NCBI GenBank assembly: GCA_030704615.1
Contig: CM060732.1
Location: 55,366,001-55,430,000, forward strand
DNA length: 64,000 nt
Direction of reading: 5' to 3'
Origin: Takakia lepidozioides
Taxonomy: Eukaryota > Plantae > Bryophyta
This document shows positions 1 to 11,419 of this stretch, in pieces. Both the position numbers and the translations under genes were made by a program. Every line of letters begins with the position of its first letter. Within the stretch, counting starts at the first letter, position 1. The notes beneath the pieces are model-generated. The model did not search any database. It had not been told where the DNA came from and was given only the letters and a program-made list of their open reading frames with translations.

Positions 1-2199
1 ATCTCCCTGGCTAGACCAAAAATGCACCAACCCCACATCAAGTACTCCGTCTCCCGGTATTCTCTTACCCACTCCACTCATCACTTGTCACAAGCGAAAC
101 ATTCCCCACATGGCAAGGGACTCCCACAACAACATGCCGAGCTTTCACACGGCCTATCCACATAATTCTCTATCAGCAACTGTGCCGCATATTCTCCCAA
201 CTATTATGCATGTGCTCTTTCTCCCAATGCCTGCTCCACCCACCTCCCACCCTACTGGTACTGATACCCCGTGGTGGTGTCCCTGTGTCGTTGGTGCTTA
301 CAGGTACCCAATGGATTCTGGTGCACACAAGCCAAAGGACCTTCATATACCCATAGCTCACCCCTGGCATCGCCACCCCGACAGTTCCTCTGCCGCCTCC
401 CGACACTTACCCCAGTCAGTTCCTCCCGCAACTCTTAATGTTATGCTCAACAAAAACTGGCTACACTACCGGTAAGTACCCCACCCACCTTTATACTCTC
501 CTAACATGCTCAATCAAAGTTGTCAACGGTTCTCCAATTTTGCAGTGTCCACTAGCTCTTCAATTGCACGCACCACACCACGGCTACTCCACAAGTGTCA
601 GGCGCCACTCCATCATCAGCTCTCAAATATGCAAATGCCCAGTCATGCTTTGCAGTCCTCCCTCAACCAGTATCACCTACACGCCATTGAGCCATTGATT
701 TTAAGAGAAATAACAATTCCAGAATCCATACTCACTAGATCCGTGGCATAATGTATCATAATAAACATATGACATACTCATCACTACATGTGAAGTGAAG
801 ATAGTATCACAAATTTATTTCTTTTATAATTCACATTACTATGTTGTGTTGTATTTTGGTTTAATATAAAAATCAACTTACTCTAATACTTTATTATTTG
901 AATATACTAGAGGATGACAATCATGCCTAAGTTGCACCGTAACACTCGTACTTGGACCAAGCTCCAATGGGTGCAAACAACTATATTATTAGTATGTATG
1001 TTAATTATTTTATTTTGGCAAACAAACATAAGACTACTCTTTATGCCAGACTCATATGCCAATGGAGCTTTTATTATTTTTCCATTACATAGTAATTATC
1101 CTAGTAGTGAGTCGATCCAAATTTCAAACCTACTTGATAAAAACAAAGCTCAATATAGAATGATGTTCAGTAATATTAACAATGCGGCATTATTCATGTC
1201 CCGAATATCTTAAATTATTTGTGTAGATAGGTTTTTGTTTTATCTAAGGGCCTTAATCAGACATGAATAATGGTTGGCTTATTATAATACCATTACATGT
1301 ATTTAGTTTATAACATATTTAATTGATGTAACATATAATAAAATAACATTGTATTTGTAGGGAGCAAATGAACTCTATGAACCGACCTTATCTAGTGAAT
1401 TGTCGAACTGACTCAAACTGTCAAAGGATACAAGCGGAAATTAATTTAGATGAAGATCACTTTGGTTGTGATGCGAATTCGTCTTACTCTTGTGGATATG
1501 GAGCTTATTATGCGGATGGTTACACTTCTTTTGGTTATGTGATGCAAGATGTTATTACTGTAGACCTTATTGAACATGTAGCTGCTAAGAAAACAACTTT
1601 GTCCCCTCGTATTTATCTGGGGTAAATATCGCATGTCATGGATCCAATTGTCATATTGTTATGACATTTCATTATTTGATCTTACAAAGTTATAAGATCT
1701 CATGTGGAATGAATGTTTTTCCTTTCAATTATAAATTATTACAATAGCTATATATATTTTAAATATTAATAAAAATATTACGTAATTAGAATTAATGAAT
1801 AAATTACCAACATCGACAGATGTGGGGTTCGACAAAATCCGGCTATCGAAGGTGATGTTGACATGGTTGTAAAAGATGGAATGCTTGGCTTAAGTGGATC
1901 CAACACTGCACTACCTGGACAATTAAAATTGTATGGTATCATTGGAAAGAATACACTAGGGCATTGCTTCAGTGATCGAGGACTTGATCAATCAGGTTAT
2001 CTATTTATTGGAAATCATGTTATTACAAGAAGACCACAAGTAGTTTGGACCAATTTGGTCCATGAACCTCAAAATTCATGGTAAGATTTTTAAAACGAAT
2101 TCCACAATACTTCTTTACTTTGTAACATGTTTAAGTAAAATTGTCCATTGAATTCTTCTTGATACTACATATGTATTTCTTTTCTTTTGTTCAGTGCAT

Positions 2200-2420
2200 T
2201 GATTATAGCACGGAAGCCCTACACCATGCTTATGAATCCAATCACATGCTAGCCTTGCTGATCTAGATTTTGAAAAAGCTTTTGATGTGGATTGGGCATT
2301 TTTGCTTAGAGGTTGGAGCCTTGGAGAAATCGGGTATTACAAGAGACTGCCTGGCATGAATTTAAATTCTGCTGTTTTCGTCTCCAATAAGGTCATAATC
2401 AACAACGCATTAAGGTTATC
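2200..2420 (+). mobile_element. LINE (L1-like) reverse transcriptase fragment
   Basis: Translates LDFEKAFDVDWAFL at ~2262-2303, the conserved non-LTR RT motif. Confidence 0.75.
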
Positions 2421-3059
2421 ATCCTAAGTTCAGCCCTCCTTTGGACCTATAACTCATGTTTCATTCCCAGTTTGAATGCAAACATAAAGTAATGCCTTGA
2501 ACGTGGGGCGAGTGAGCCAAATTCGGTATGAGTACCAAACTTGTAGAAGTCATGCTACTTGGGCACGATCTAATTCTCTAAAAGTTAAGAAACAGGGAGG
2601 GGGTGCAACCTGCTTTCTTATGCCCCTGTAGATCGGCAAAACGCCAATTGGGTACGAAACTCCTGTGACCCCTAGTTTTGGTAAAGAAAGGAGTTTCATC
2701 CAATCTTTTTTCCCTTCGTATTAGTTCGATCCCAAGTTTTGCAACCCATCCTCTATTTTGGCCAAAGTGGGGATACTCACCCCGAGTTTGTGGTATTTAC
2801 GGATAACTTAATCGTAAATAACTTAATTATCTTCTTCTTTTCCTCTCCATAGATCCGTGAAACAAGGCTGTCCGCTTGTTCTTGTTCTCTCCCTTAGAGC
2901 AACTGAGCATGCTTCTATGGGGTTTCCGGACTAGTCACCGCTAATTGTAGAAAGTCGGTGGCCACGTAAAAGACACTGCTTCAACTTCCCAATGACTTCT
3001 GCGGGGAGATGATCTCGGACTGATATGGTTACAAGATGGCCTAGCACACACTCTTTTTG

Positions 3060-3310
3060 GTCATTTGATCGGACATGATCTAACAAATCAACAACATTGT
3101 GCTATGGTCATAACAAAAATAATTAGTCATAGTTCAAACTTAAGAAGAATGACTGCGAGATGGAAAAAAGAAGTCCAATATCCATGTAGTAAAGGTGCTT
3201 GCACATTTCCATATAGTATTGACCAAAACACAGCGAAGAAGGCAGTGTGTGATAGTCTCAGGAAGACGTTGAGCGCAAATGGAACATGGGATTGGAGCTG
3301 TTAGCATGAA
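3060..3310 (-). mobile_element. LINE ORF2 C-terminal zinc-finger (zf-RVT-like) fragment
   Basis: PCSICAQRLPETITHCLLRCVLVNTIWK in ORF 3140..3532(-). Confidence 0.6.
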
Positions 3311-3584
3311 TTGGACACATGTAGTATGCGACAAACAAGTTTCCACATGAGATTGGCTGCCTATCTTCTCTCTAGACATCCGCCCATATCGTTTTCCACT
3401 AAGTTGGAGCACCATGAGCATTTGAATTCCATAGAAAGTGGGGGCCTCAATAAAGAATAAGCCCCTATTAACCGTATAACCAAAAAATGGATCATCATTT
3501 TTGGACACCATTGCCGTGAGTCTTTGGATCAATTGGAGCTGGCTAAGTGGTGCTCATGGGGACCAACAAAATATCCTCAAGTAC

Positions 3585-4081
3585 TTTTGGACTAGATTTT
3601 TGATGCGACATCTGGATAGTCTTTTTGACAGTAACTAGTCAACTAGTTACGCACAGGTTACTTGTAACCAACTAGCAAAAGACTAGCTTATAAATAGGAG
3701 GTAACTGCACCACCACACCTATAACCAGTGGTGATTTAACTAGAACTCTTGTAAATCAACAACACTATCAGGCAGGTGGGAGAAGCAGTGGCCTGCAACT
3801 CTTTGTACATAGGGTTGGTGCAGAGCGGTCTCTTTCTCTCGTTGCCTTGTGATCAGCATTCTTGTAGGTAGCACGGAAGGTGCTCTGTATGTATTTGTGT
3901 GAGCTGTAGACTATTTGATCGTAGCCTGTGGGTTGGATGCGCAAAGTAGCAGCAATTAGTTAGTTTGCTAGTAAAGTCAGCATTGTATTCCTTGACATGA
4001 GCAATACTAAATCTGGTTATTGGTAAAAGATTGTGTCATTTGTCTTCGGGCTAGGTTGAACTTGACTAAACATATTCAAAA
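3585..4081 (+). repeat. Copia 5' LTR (TTTTGG...CAAAA termini)
   Basis: The first ~110 bp match 6413-6520. It contains TATAAATAG and is followed directly by the PBS. Confidence 0.75.
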
Positions 4082-4094
4082 GGTTATGGGCCCA
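4082..4094 (+). promoter_or_regulatory. Primer-binding site GGTTATGGGCCCA (half-tRNAi-Met type)
   Basis: Same PBS type as used by Drosophila copia, Ty5 and Osser-like elements (anticodon-arm region of initiator tRNA-Met). Confidence 0.75.
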
Positions 4095-4900
4095 AGAAGA
4101 CTGTCTAGATGTCGTAGCAAAAATCTGGCCCAAAACTCCCACTCGACGTATGAAATAGTCTTCTTATTAATAACGTTAAGCGCTGTCAATCCAAGGAGTC
4201 TAAGCATATACTGGTACTTCATGGTTGGCAGAGGCTTTATGAATACATCGGCAATCTGATTATCAGTGTGGATATAGGTCAGGGGCCTTCTTCATACTTC
4301 TCTCGAATGATGTCAATGTGCTTGGTACGGCGGTGGAACTTTGGATTTTTCACAAATCGAATGCAGGATTGGTTGTTGCTCATCAGGTTTGTTGACTCTC
4401 GCTGTGGGAAACCAATACTCTGCAATAAACGGCAGTACCACACAATTTCTTTGGTGGCCATAGCTCCAGCAATATATTCAAACTCAGTGGTACTGCCGGA
4501 TGTGCAGGGTTGCTTGCGGCTAGTCCAACATGTCGCTGTTGAGGAAAAGTACTACCCCGGAATGGCACTTACGATCATCAATATCAGCAGCATAGTCGCT
4601 ATTACAGTAGGTTGACATGGTATGTACTGCATCTGATCCAGCGTCATGGTTCGATTGAACCGATCCCTCGTGATGTGCAGACCAATGTACACCTGAGGCA
4701 CTCCTCTGGTAATCATGAAGGCTTTGCCCATACGGGTCAGAATGTCAAGTGTTGAGCTTTCCTTCAGATTGAAAATCAATCCATCATCGACAAATCTTGC
4801 CAATAGCAATTGAGGATTAATGTCGGAGTGGTAGACGCAAGGATCGGCATCGCTGGGCTTCAAGCCATGAGTGGTGAAAAAAACGTTGAACCGTTTGTTC
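4095..4900 (-). mobile_element. Inverted Copia RT-RNaseH-PPT-LTR-start fragment
   Basis: ADPCVY...FVDDGLIF (4552..4863-) and KNPKFHRRTKHIDI (4279..4461-). 4095-4360 is a diverged reverse complement of ~6170-6455. Confidence 0.85.
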
Positions 4901-7717
4901 TAGGTTCACGCTCATATTGAGATTGAAGCTCACAGTCTTTTGATTTTCATTCTATTTCAAAAATTTTGATTTCCAAGCTACGTTTTTCTTTCTTTAAGCA
5001 AGTGTGAGAGATAGCAGGCTGAGTCATGGTGAGTGACTCTTCAAAGGCAGATCTGAGTAACATTGAGAGATTCAATGGTGAATAGGTTCGACGGAAATGC
5101 GGCATCGCATTTAGCACTGACTGCCAACCACCCTTGCATCTTTATCGTCTCTCGGGATGCGATAGGGAGGTATCCTGATCAAACGGCCACTAATGCGGCA
5201 GTTGACTCAAGGAGGCTGAAACGGCAGTTGAAGGGGTCATTGCTAGCACATGTTAGGAGGCGGCGGTGTGGATCAAAACCAAACACAAGTTATTTTCTGA
5301 GGAAAAGAGCTCATGGACATCGCAGAGCCAATGCCTACCCGAACAAGTAATGCAAATGACGTGCTCAAGGCACAAGATGATGCTCCAATGGAAGAAGAAA
5401 GATAATCAGGCCATTAGTATTTTCTGTCAAGTTGTCAATCGTAAGCAGTTGAAGGATCTGATGGGGTACGAGATCTAGCGTCGTTGTGGACAAGCTCAGT
5501 GCCGTGAACCACGAGCAGCGATCAACATACAATATGCATCGCTTGCATATAAGTGCAGCATGGAAGAATAAGATACCATCGTTGATTTTCTTGGGAAGAT
5601 TGAGCTGATCTTGAAAACTCAACTGCAAGGATTGGGGGACGCCAGTATCACCGATTCCTCAGTGATTGCCAAGGTCTTGTGTAACCTACCCTCAAAACCT
5701 CAAGCATTTCCGTTTGGCCTGGATAGTGTTCTAGATGGTCTCAATAAGAATCTCGAGTTGCTTATCTCTCGATTGCTGATGGAAGAAGGGCGAGAGAATG
5801 AAGGAGTAGATGAGTCAAAAACCAACAAAACATTTGTTGCGTCGAAATTAGGCAGTCATCTAGCTTGCCAGCAGGCTGGCCCTCGTTGACTCTGGAGCAA
5901 AGGAAGGCTCGGAGAGAAGCCAAACACAAAGAGAAGAAAAACACCACATGCTTTAATAACTGTGGAGAGCGGGTCATTGGGCCAGAGGGTGCCAAAATGA
6001 ACCCAAGGCGAAGGGAGATGCCAAGACTTGAAAAGCGAGAAAATTGAGACCAAGCCAGCTGCTTCAACCTACAAGGCCTGGATGGCCACAGTGGATAGGG
6101 TGACGAGACATAAGCATCCGGATCGCTGACTTTGGATGCACGCAACGCATGACAGGCAGGGGAGATTGCATGAAGAATCCATGGTTCCACCGCCAGACCA
6201 AGCACATCGATGTTGCTATTCATCTCATTCGAGAGAAGTATGAAGAAGGCCAGATCAATGTGACCGGCTACATCCACACTGATGACCAAATTGCCGATGT
6301 ACTCACAAAGCCTCTTGCCAAACGCGAAGTACCAACATATGCGTGGACTCCTTGGGGTTGACAGCAGCTTAACGTTGTTAATAAGAAGACTGCCCCATAC
6401 GTCGAGTGGGAGTTTTGGACTAGATTTGTGCTACGACATATGGACAGTCTTCTTGACAGTGTAACTAGACAACTAGTTACTCATTGGTTACTTATAACCA
6501 ACTACAAAAGGCCAGCTTAACCCTTAAACGCCCATCGAGCCCGTTTTGGGTTTTTGTCCTCATTGAAGCTGTATATCTTTTTGACGTTTTCTCGGATTTT
6601 GGCGAAATCTGCCGTTGAGAGGCCCCAGAAGCTGACCATCTGCAACACTTTACGGATTGAGAAAATGATCTGTTGTGATGAAGTTTAGGGCTTTGAGGTG
6701 CGAGAGGGTCTGCTTGGCCCCTCCCGCCGCTCTCGCATGCTGGCCTCCCGTGGTTCCTGGCAAAGTCTTCTCTTCGTGCGCTTTGTGTCATGGTCGTGGG
6801 ACCCCCTACACTTTGACTAAGTGTCACGCCCTGATTACTTGGCCAAATCCCTTCGTTTTTGTCTTGTCGGATGAAGCATCCCAGGCGGATGCACTGGGAG
6901 CAGATTCAGCTCAGATGGATATCATCCGGTCAGTCAATTTCCCCAAATTACCAAATCCAACTTAATTTTTCTTACTTGGGGGCCCAAAAATGGCCCCACA
7001 CTCAACGGTGGCAAATACGCAGATCTAGATGGATTGCCTCCAAATTGGCATGTAAGTGCAGGAGGTAGGTGAGCTGCTACTGTCCGGTCAAAATTTTGAA
7101 TTTTCATTTTGCAGTGAGTTATCTACATTTTTCGCTGTTTTTTATTTGAAAAGTTGACAAGGGGGTGTGGGCATTTTGGGTTAATAAGCCATAGATCTGA
7201 TCCAGGGAAGAAGAAATGATGTGCTCCCTAACTAGCATGCTTGAGGGGCTTGACATATGTGTAAGAACTTTGGGGACCCATTTTGCTAAGAAAACAAGAT
7301 TTGGGTGTATGGATCAATTATTCCCAAGCCCCCATGTTTTTTCCTTTTGTGTAATTTGTGCCCAATTGACGAAGGCACGTCGATTCAGGGATGTTGGAGA
7401 AGCACCCCACAATAAATTCCTAACCAAAGTATTAAATATTTGATCAATTATATCCGAACCAGGTACAATGACGCACTGAACCACGTTGCTACAAGCCATA
7501 TTTGATTGACAACCAAGGTACTGCCAGTGATTTGATAGATTCATAGAACACATATGATCGAGTTTACTAGGATCGGTATGGAGCAAATGTCCAGTTTGGA
7601 CAGCTCTATGTGCTCACATCTTTGGAATATTTGGAAAGCTAGGTATTCCAAATTTAATGAATGCATCCATTCATGCATAAGAGTGATTATTATGTATAGA
7701 GTTCACTAAGACTTAAC

Positions 7718-8180
7718 TAGGGTAGCCTGTGCCATTGGCCCAAGTGTCTAGTGTCATCTAAGTCCAAGTGCAATCCCCTATGTCGAGACCCAAATGCGAC
7801 CTCTAGGGTAGCATGTGCCGTTGGCCCAAGTGTGCAATGTCATCTAAGATATTCTATGTATCCATTGCGTCTTCTATGTCGAGGCCCAAGTGCGACCTCT
7901 AGGATAGCCTATGCCGTTGGCCCAAGTGTCCAGTGTCATCCAAGTCCAAGTGCAATCCCCTATGTATACATAGACCCTGCAGTTTGGGAGATCTAGGGTA
8001 GCCTGTGCCATTGGCCCATGTGTGAAGAATTGAATTGAAATCTAAGCCCAAGTGCAATCTTCTATGTATCCAAGTGCTTCTCCCATGTAGAGGCCCAAGT
8101 GCGACCTCCAGTGTCCAATGTCATCTAAGTCCAAGTGCAATCCCCTATGCATCCAGAGACCCTGCAGTTTGGAAGATCTC
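7718..8180. repeat. Degenerate tandem repeat (GGCCCAAGTG / CTAAGTCCAAGTGCAATCCCC units)
   Basis: Units recur visibly; the peptides CRGPSATS and GPSVQCH repeat in the ORF track. Confidence 0.8.
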
Positions 8181-8189
8181 CACGTCATT

Positions 8190-8410
8190 GTTCCAACAAA
8201 GCCCACTTTGCTATTTTTGCAATCTCCCCTGTCGAGGCTTCATATATTGATATATCCACTTTGCTATTTTTCACGAATTTCCAGCGACCAAAAGCACTTG
8301 AAATTCCAAATCTCCCACGTGAAGGGCCAATCACTGCTCTAGGAAAGCCCACTTTGCTATTTTTCCCGAATTTCCAACGACCCAAAGTACTTGAAATTCC
8401 ACATCTCCCA
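8190..8410. repeat. Short tandem repeat (CCACTTTGCTATTTT ... GAAATTCCA)
   Basis: Three CCACTTTGCTATTTT copies and two ACTTGAAATTCCA copies. Confidence 0.65.
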
Positions 8411-9549
8411 CACCGCGCGTCCAAAAATCATGAGACCAAGCCGGTGCACTACTCCTCATCGAGGGCTTTCCAACGGCACCAAGCACCGGGATTGGCCCCG
8501 CGGTTTGGGAGATCTCAATGACACTACAAACAAAACAAAACAAAACAAACAAACTGCCTTCCTTCATATATCGATATTGATGTATGAGGCTCAGAAGGCA
8601 TGGCATGTGTTATGTACTGCAACTTTTCTCGCAGGGTGCATTGAGGATATGAGATTGTAGTAGCTTCTCTCCGCTTTAACCACTTCTGGGAAAGCAATTT
8701 CATGTGCACTTGGACTTCCGAATTAAGAGTTATATGACGCGATCAACTCTCGGCGTGCTAGGAGCTAGCTTAGCACTAGGTTCCCCACTATAAAGAGCTA
8801 GAGGTCAATTGGAGACACAAGCTAGCTATCTTTCAAACCTTCTTTTAAAAAAAAAACAGATTCTGATTTCTTGTTAGTCCCCTTTTCTAGCTCCACCTCG
8901 TCTATTAGCTTCAGATCCTCTATTGTACCCATTGTTACAAGGCAGAGCCCCTTACTTTTGTCTTATAGCTCCTCCGCAAGGTTAATTTTTTCTTGCTTCA
9001 TTTTGAAATAAATTTCAAAGGGTTTCTTTCCCCATTTCTTTAATAAAAAAAATTAAGAAGAAAATTTTCAATTATAATACATCAACCCGTATGCTTAATG
9101 TTTGTGCAGCACAATAGATTATCATGTAGCACGACTTTCATGCATACGCTATGGAGAGTATTCCATAGATTTGCTCGACAAATATCAACTTCTTGTGTTT
9201 GATACCGGCACACCATCTACACATCTTTTTCAAGAGACCTATGATATGTTGATTTCTCTAGTAAGTATTTTCTCAAAACTTATAAGACATGTAGTAGAAG
9301 CGGTCAAGTGTATTTTCAGTGAGGTTACAATACATAGTATAATAACGACGTCAATATAATAATATTAAAAATTAACATTTTCAATAATTGTTTGGAAACA
9401 GGTGCGAGAAGGCATTTTAGCAAAATCAACATCATTAATTGAAACCATTGACACACTGATTTTTTTGTGGGTAAGTCCTAGATACCTTCCGTGTAAATGC
9501 ACGTCTCTGATGGAATACGGGCTTTCGGTCGATTTGTTGCGTCTCTCAG

Positions 9550-10170
9550 GAGCCTCTCAGGAGTGACATGGAACTGAAGGGAGTGTAACTCCAGTTGGGG
9601 TGACACTTGGTTACATGGGAGGGAGTGTAACCTTCACTAGGGGTTACACTAGGTTTCATGGAAGGGACTATAAGTCTATTTGGTGTAAGGATTCGAGGGG
9701 GCCGCCGCTCTACCTGAATCCAGCAGAAGTACCGGATTGCACGCGTGCATTAAGTCCATTTGTCAATCTTATCAGTTGAGACGGCGGGCTCTCCCTTACC
9801 AATCATAGCTATATATATATATTGTATAGTATGGGAGTGAGGAGAGGGGTAAACTACAAGGCAGTGGTACGCTAAGAGTGTTGTGTGTGGATGTACATTA
9901 TTCCTATTGTTTTCCAGGGGAAACTTGGGACAGAGCCCTGAATGTTTTTTGTAAATCCAGCGACCGCCACTACTGGCGGTCGCTTTTATTTTAATTCTTC
10001 CATAGTAAGTGAATGCGGTTACGGGGTGGTTTCCTTACAGAAGCCTTCACGGCCTCCAAGTGGTTATTTTTTCTACTTTTTCTAGATTTGACATGCCAGA
10101 AACCGGTGTACCGTCATGTCAGAGATTGCACGTGTGCATTCAGTTCTCACATCATTCCTAGTGTTCTCCG
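9550..10170. repeat. Dispersed repeat shared with 44560-44970
   Basis: 9562-9607 is the reverse complement of ~44815-44860. 10087-10170 matches 44881-44965 in direct orientation. Confidence 0.7.
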
Positions 10171-11419
10171 TTGGCGCCCCCCCCCCCACCCAAAAAAATG
10201 AAAAAAATGAACAATTTCTGATCAGCGGGTGGTTGCATAGTGCAGTCCTCTTGTGATCGAAAGTTCAACCTTGGCTACGGCGCACATTAGAAAAGGCCCG
10301 GGAGTTCAATGCGACCCCTTCGGTCCTGCCTGCGTGGCACCCCCCGCCACCACACCACATGAACTCTGTGGCACATGACACCTGTCACCACCACCCAACA
10401 TCGCGCGCGGGACACATCGCATGAGTCGGATGGACAGGATGCAACATGATCCATGTGCTGCAATCACCCATGATGATGGACGGCTTGACATGACAGGATG
10501 TGACACATACTCATATATGGTCGTAGGGAGATCGCGATGATCATGCTTTCATGCTTTTCGCGGTCCAGTTCGCACGCACATGGTGGACCTGCCGATTCGA
10601 ATGCGGCCCTTCAGCTGTCACTCCCCACGTCGATGCTTGATTGATTTAATTCATGGCAGCCACAGGACAGGTTTTCCAAGCTTCCTGGCGTTTGCATGGC
10701 CCGAAATGTATGATCCCGGCGGAAGCGGTGTTACAAGCACTTCCTTGAGGAGTATGCATTGCGGCTGTTATAAACTGTTGACTGAGTTGTGGCGGTGAAG
10801 CGATTACTCATTCGACTTGAGTATAAGGTTTCTTTTTGGAGAATTTGGAAGTCATTCGTGTGATTTGCAGCTATTTTCTTCCTCTTACTTGCCATTTCTG
10901 TCTGTTGCAGTCCATTTGCGTGCTTCATGTTTTAGTTTGAGTTCTTGCTTTCACATTCCAGCAAGCTTTGCTCTACTGGAGGATTCTTCAGGAGGAGGGT
11001 AGTGGATTTGGAGTGGGCGCCAATATGGTGAAACAATCCTCCATGCGCGAAGCGCGTCGGACATACAATGAAACGTACGACTCTGATGAGTGGGAAAATC
11101 TCATATGCGAGGCTCACTCAGAGGCAAGGGTTGAGTAGCCCGGTGATGATAATAGGAAGCCATTCAAGTGTATCCACTATCTTAAGCAATATAAAGATAA
11201 GAAGAAACTTAACATTCACAGGATAAATGGCTGTGATGCTGCTGTGGGAAAGGGTGGGCCTAAACTGAAAATGTACCCTGTTTTTGAAAAGGGGCAGAGG
11301 CACATCATGGAGGCTGTTCTTAGTAAGCACGGGATGAAGCCTCCTTCCTGTAAGTTGATGAAGACGAGGGTAGAACGCGAGGAGACGACGGCAGAAGAGA
11401 ACCTAAACGTAGGAAGCAC

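Larger units (their letters stand above)
3585..6520 (+). mobile_element. Degenerate, internally deleted and rearranged Ty1/Copia LTR retrotransposon
   Basis: 5' LTR 3585-4081, PBS 4082-4094, and gag remnants 5026-6050 (VIAKVLCNLP, zinc-knuckle remnant). RNase H tail NPWFHRQTKHIDVAIHLIRE...DQIADVLTKPL at 6170-6340, PPT GAGTGGGAG 6404-6412, and a 3' LTR from 6413 truncated at ~6520. Confidence 0.85.
914..9470 (+). pseudogene. Aspartic protease (A1 family, Asp1/APCB1-like) pseudogene; exons ~914-1107, 1361-1621, 1820-2080, 9110-9260, 9402-9470
   Basis: Motifs: FPLHSNYP (cf. FPLHGNVYP), CGYGAYYADGYTSFGYVMQD, DGMLGL...NTLGHCF...GYLFIG, and the second catalytic motif VFDTGT (exon 9110-9260). GT/AG junctions are in matching phase (1621/1820, 2080/9110). 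The first DTG motif is not found (degenerate region ~1230-1300) and there is a frameshift after GANELYEPT (~1388). Confidence 0.8.

Noticed and set aside
1-750. ORFs 110..475, 438..698 and 506..751
   Set aside because: No recognisable motifs; likely a decayed repeat.
3400-3545. Gypsy pol fragment (DDPFFGYTVNRGLFF)
   Set aside because: Too short and degenerate to support.
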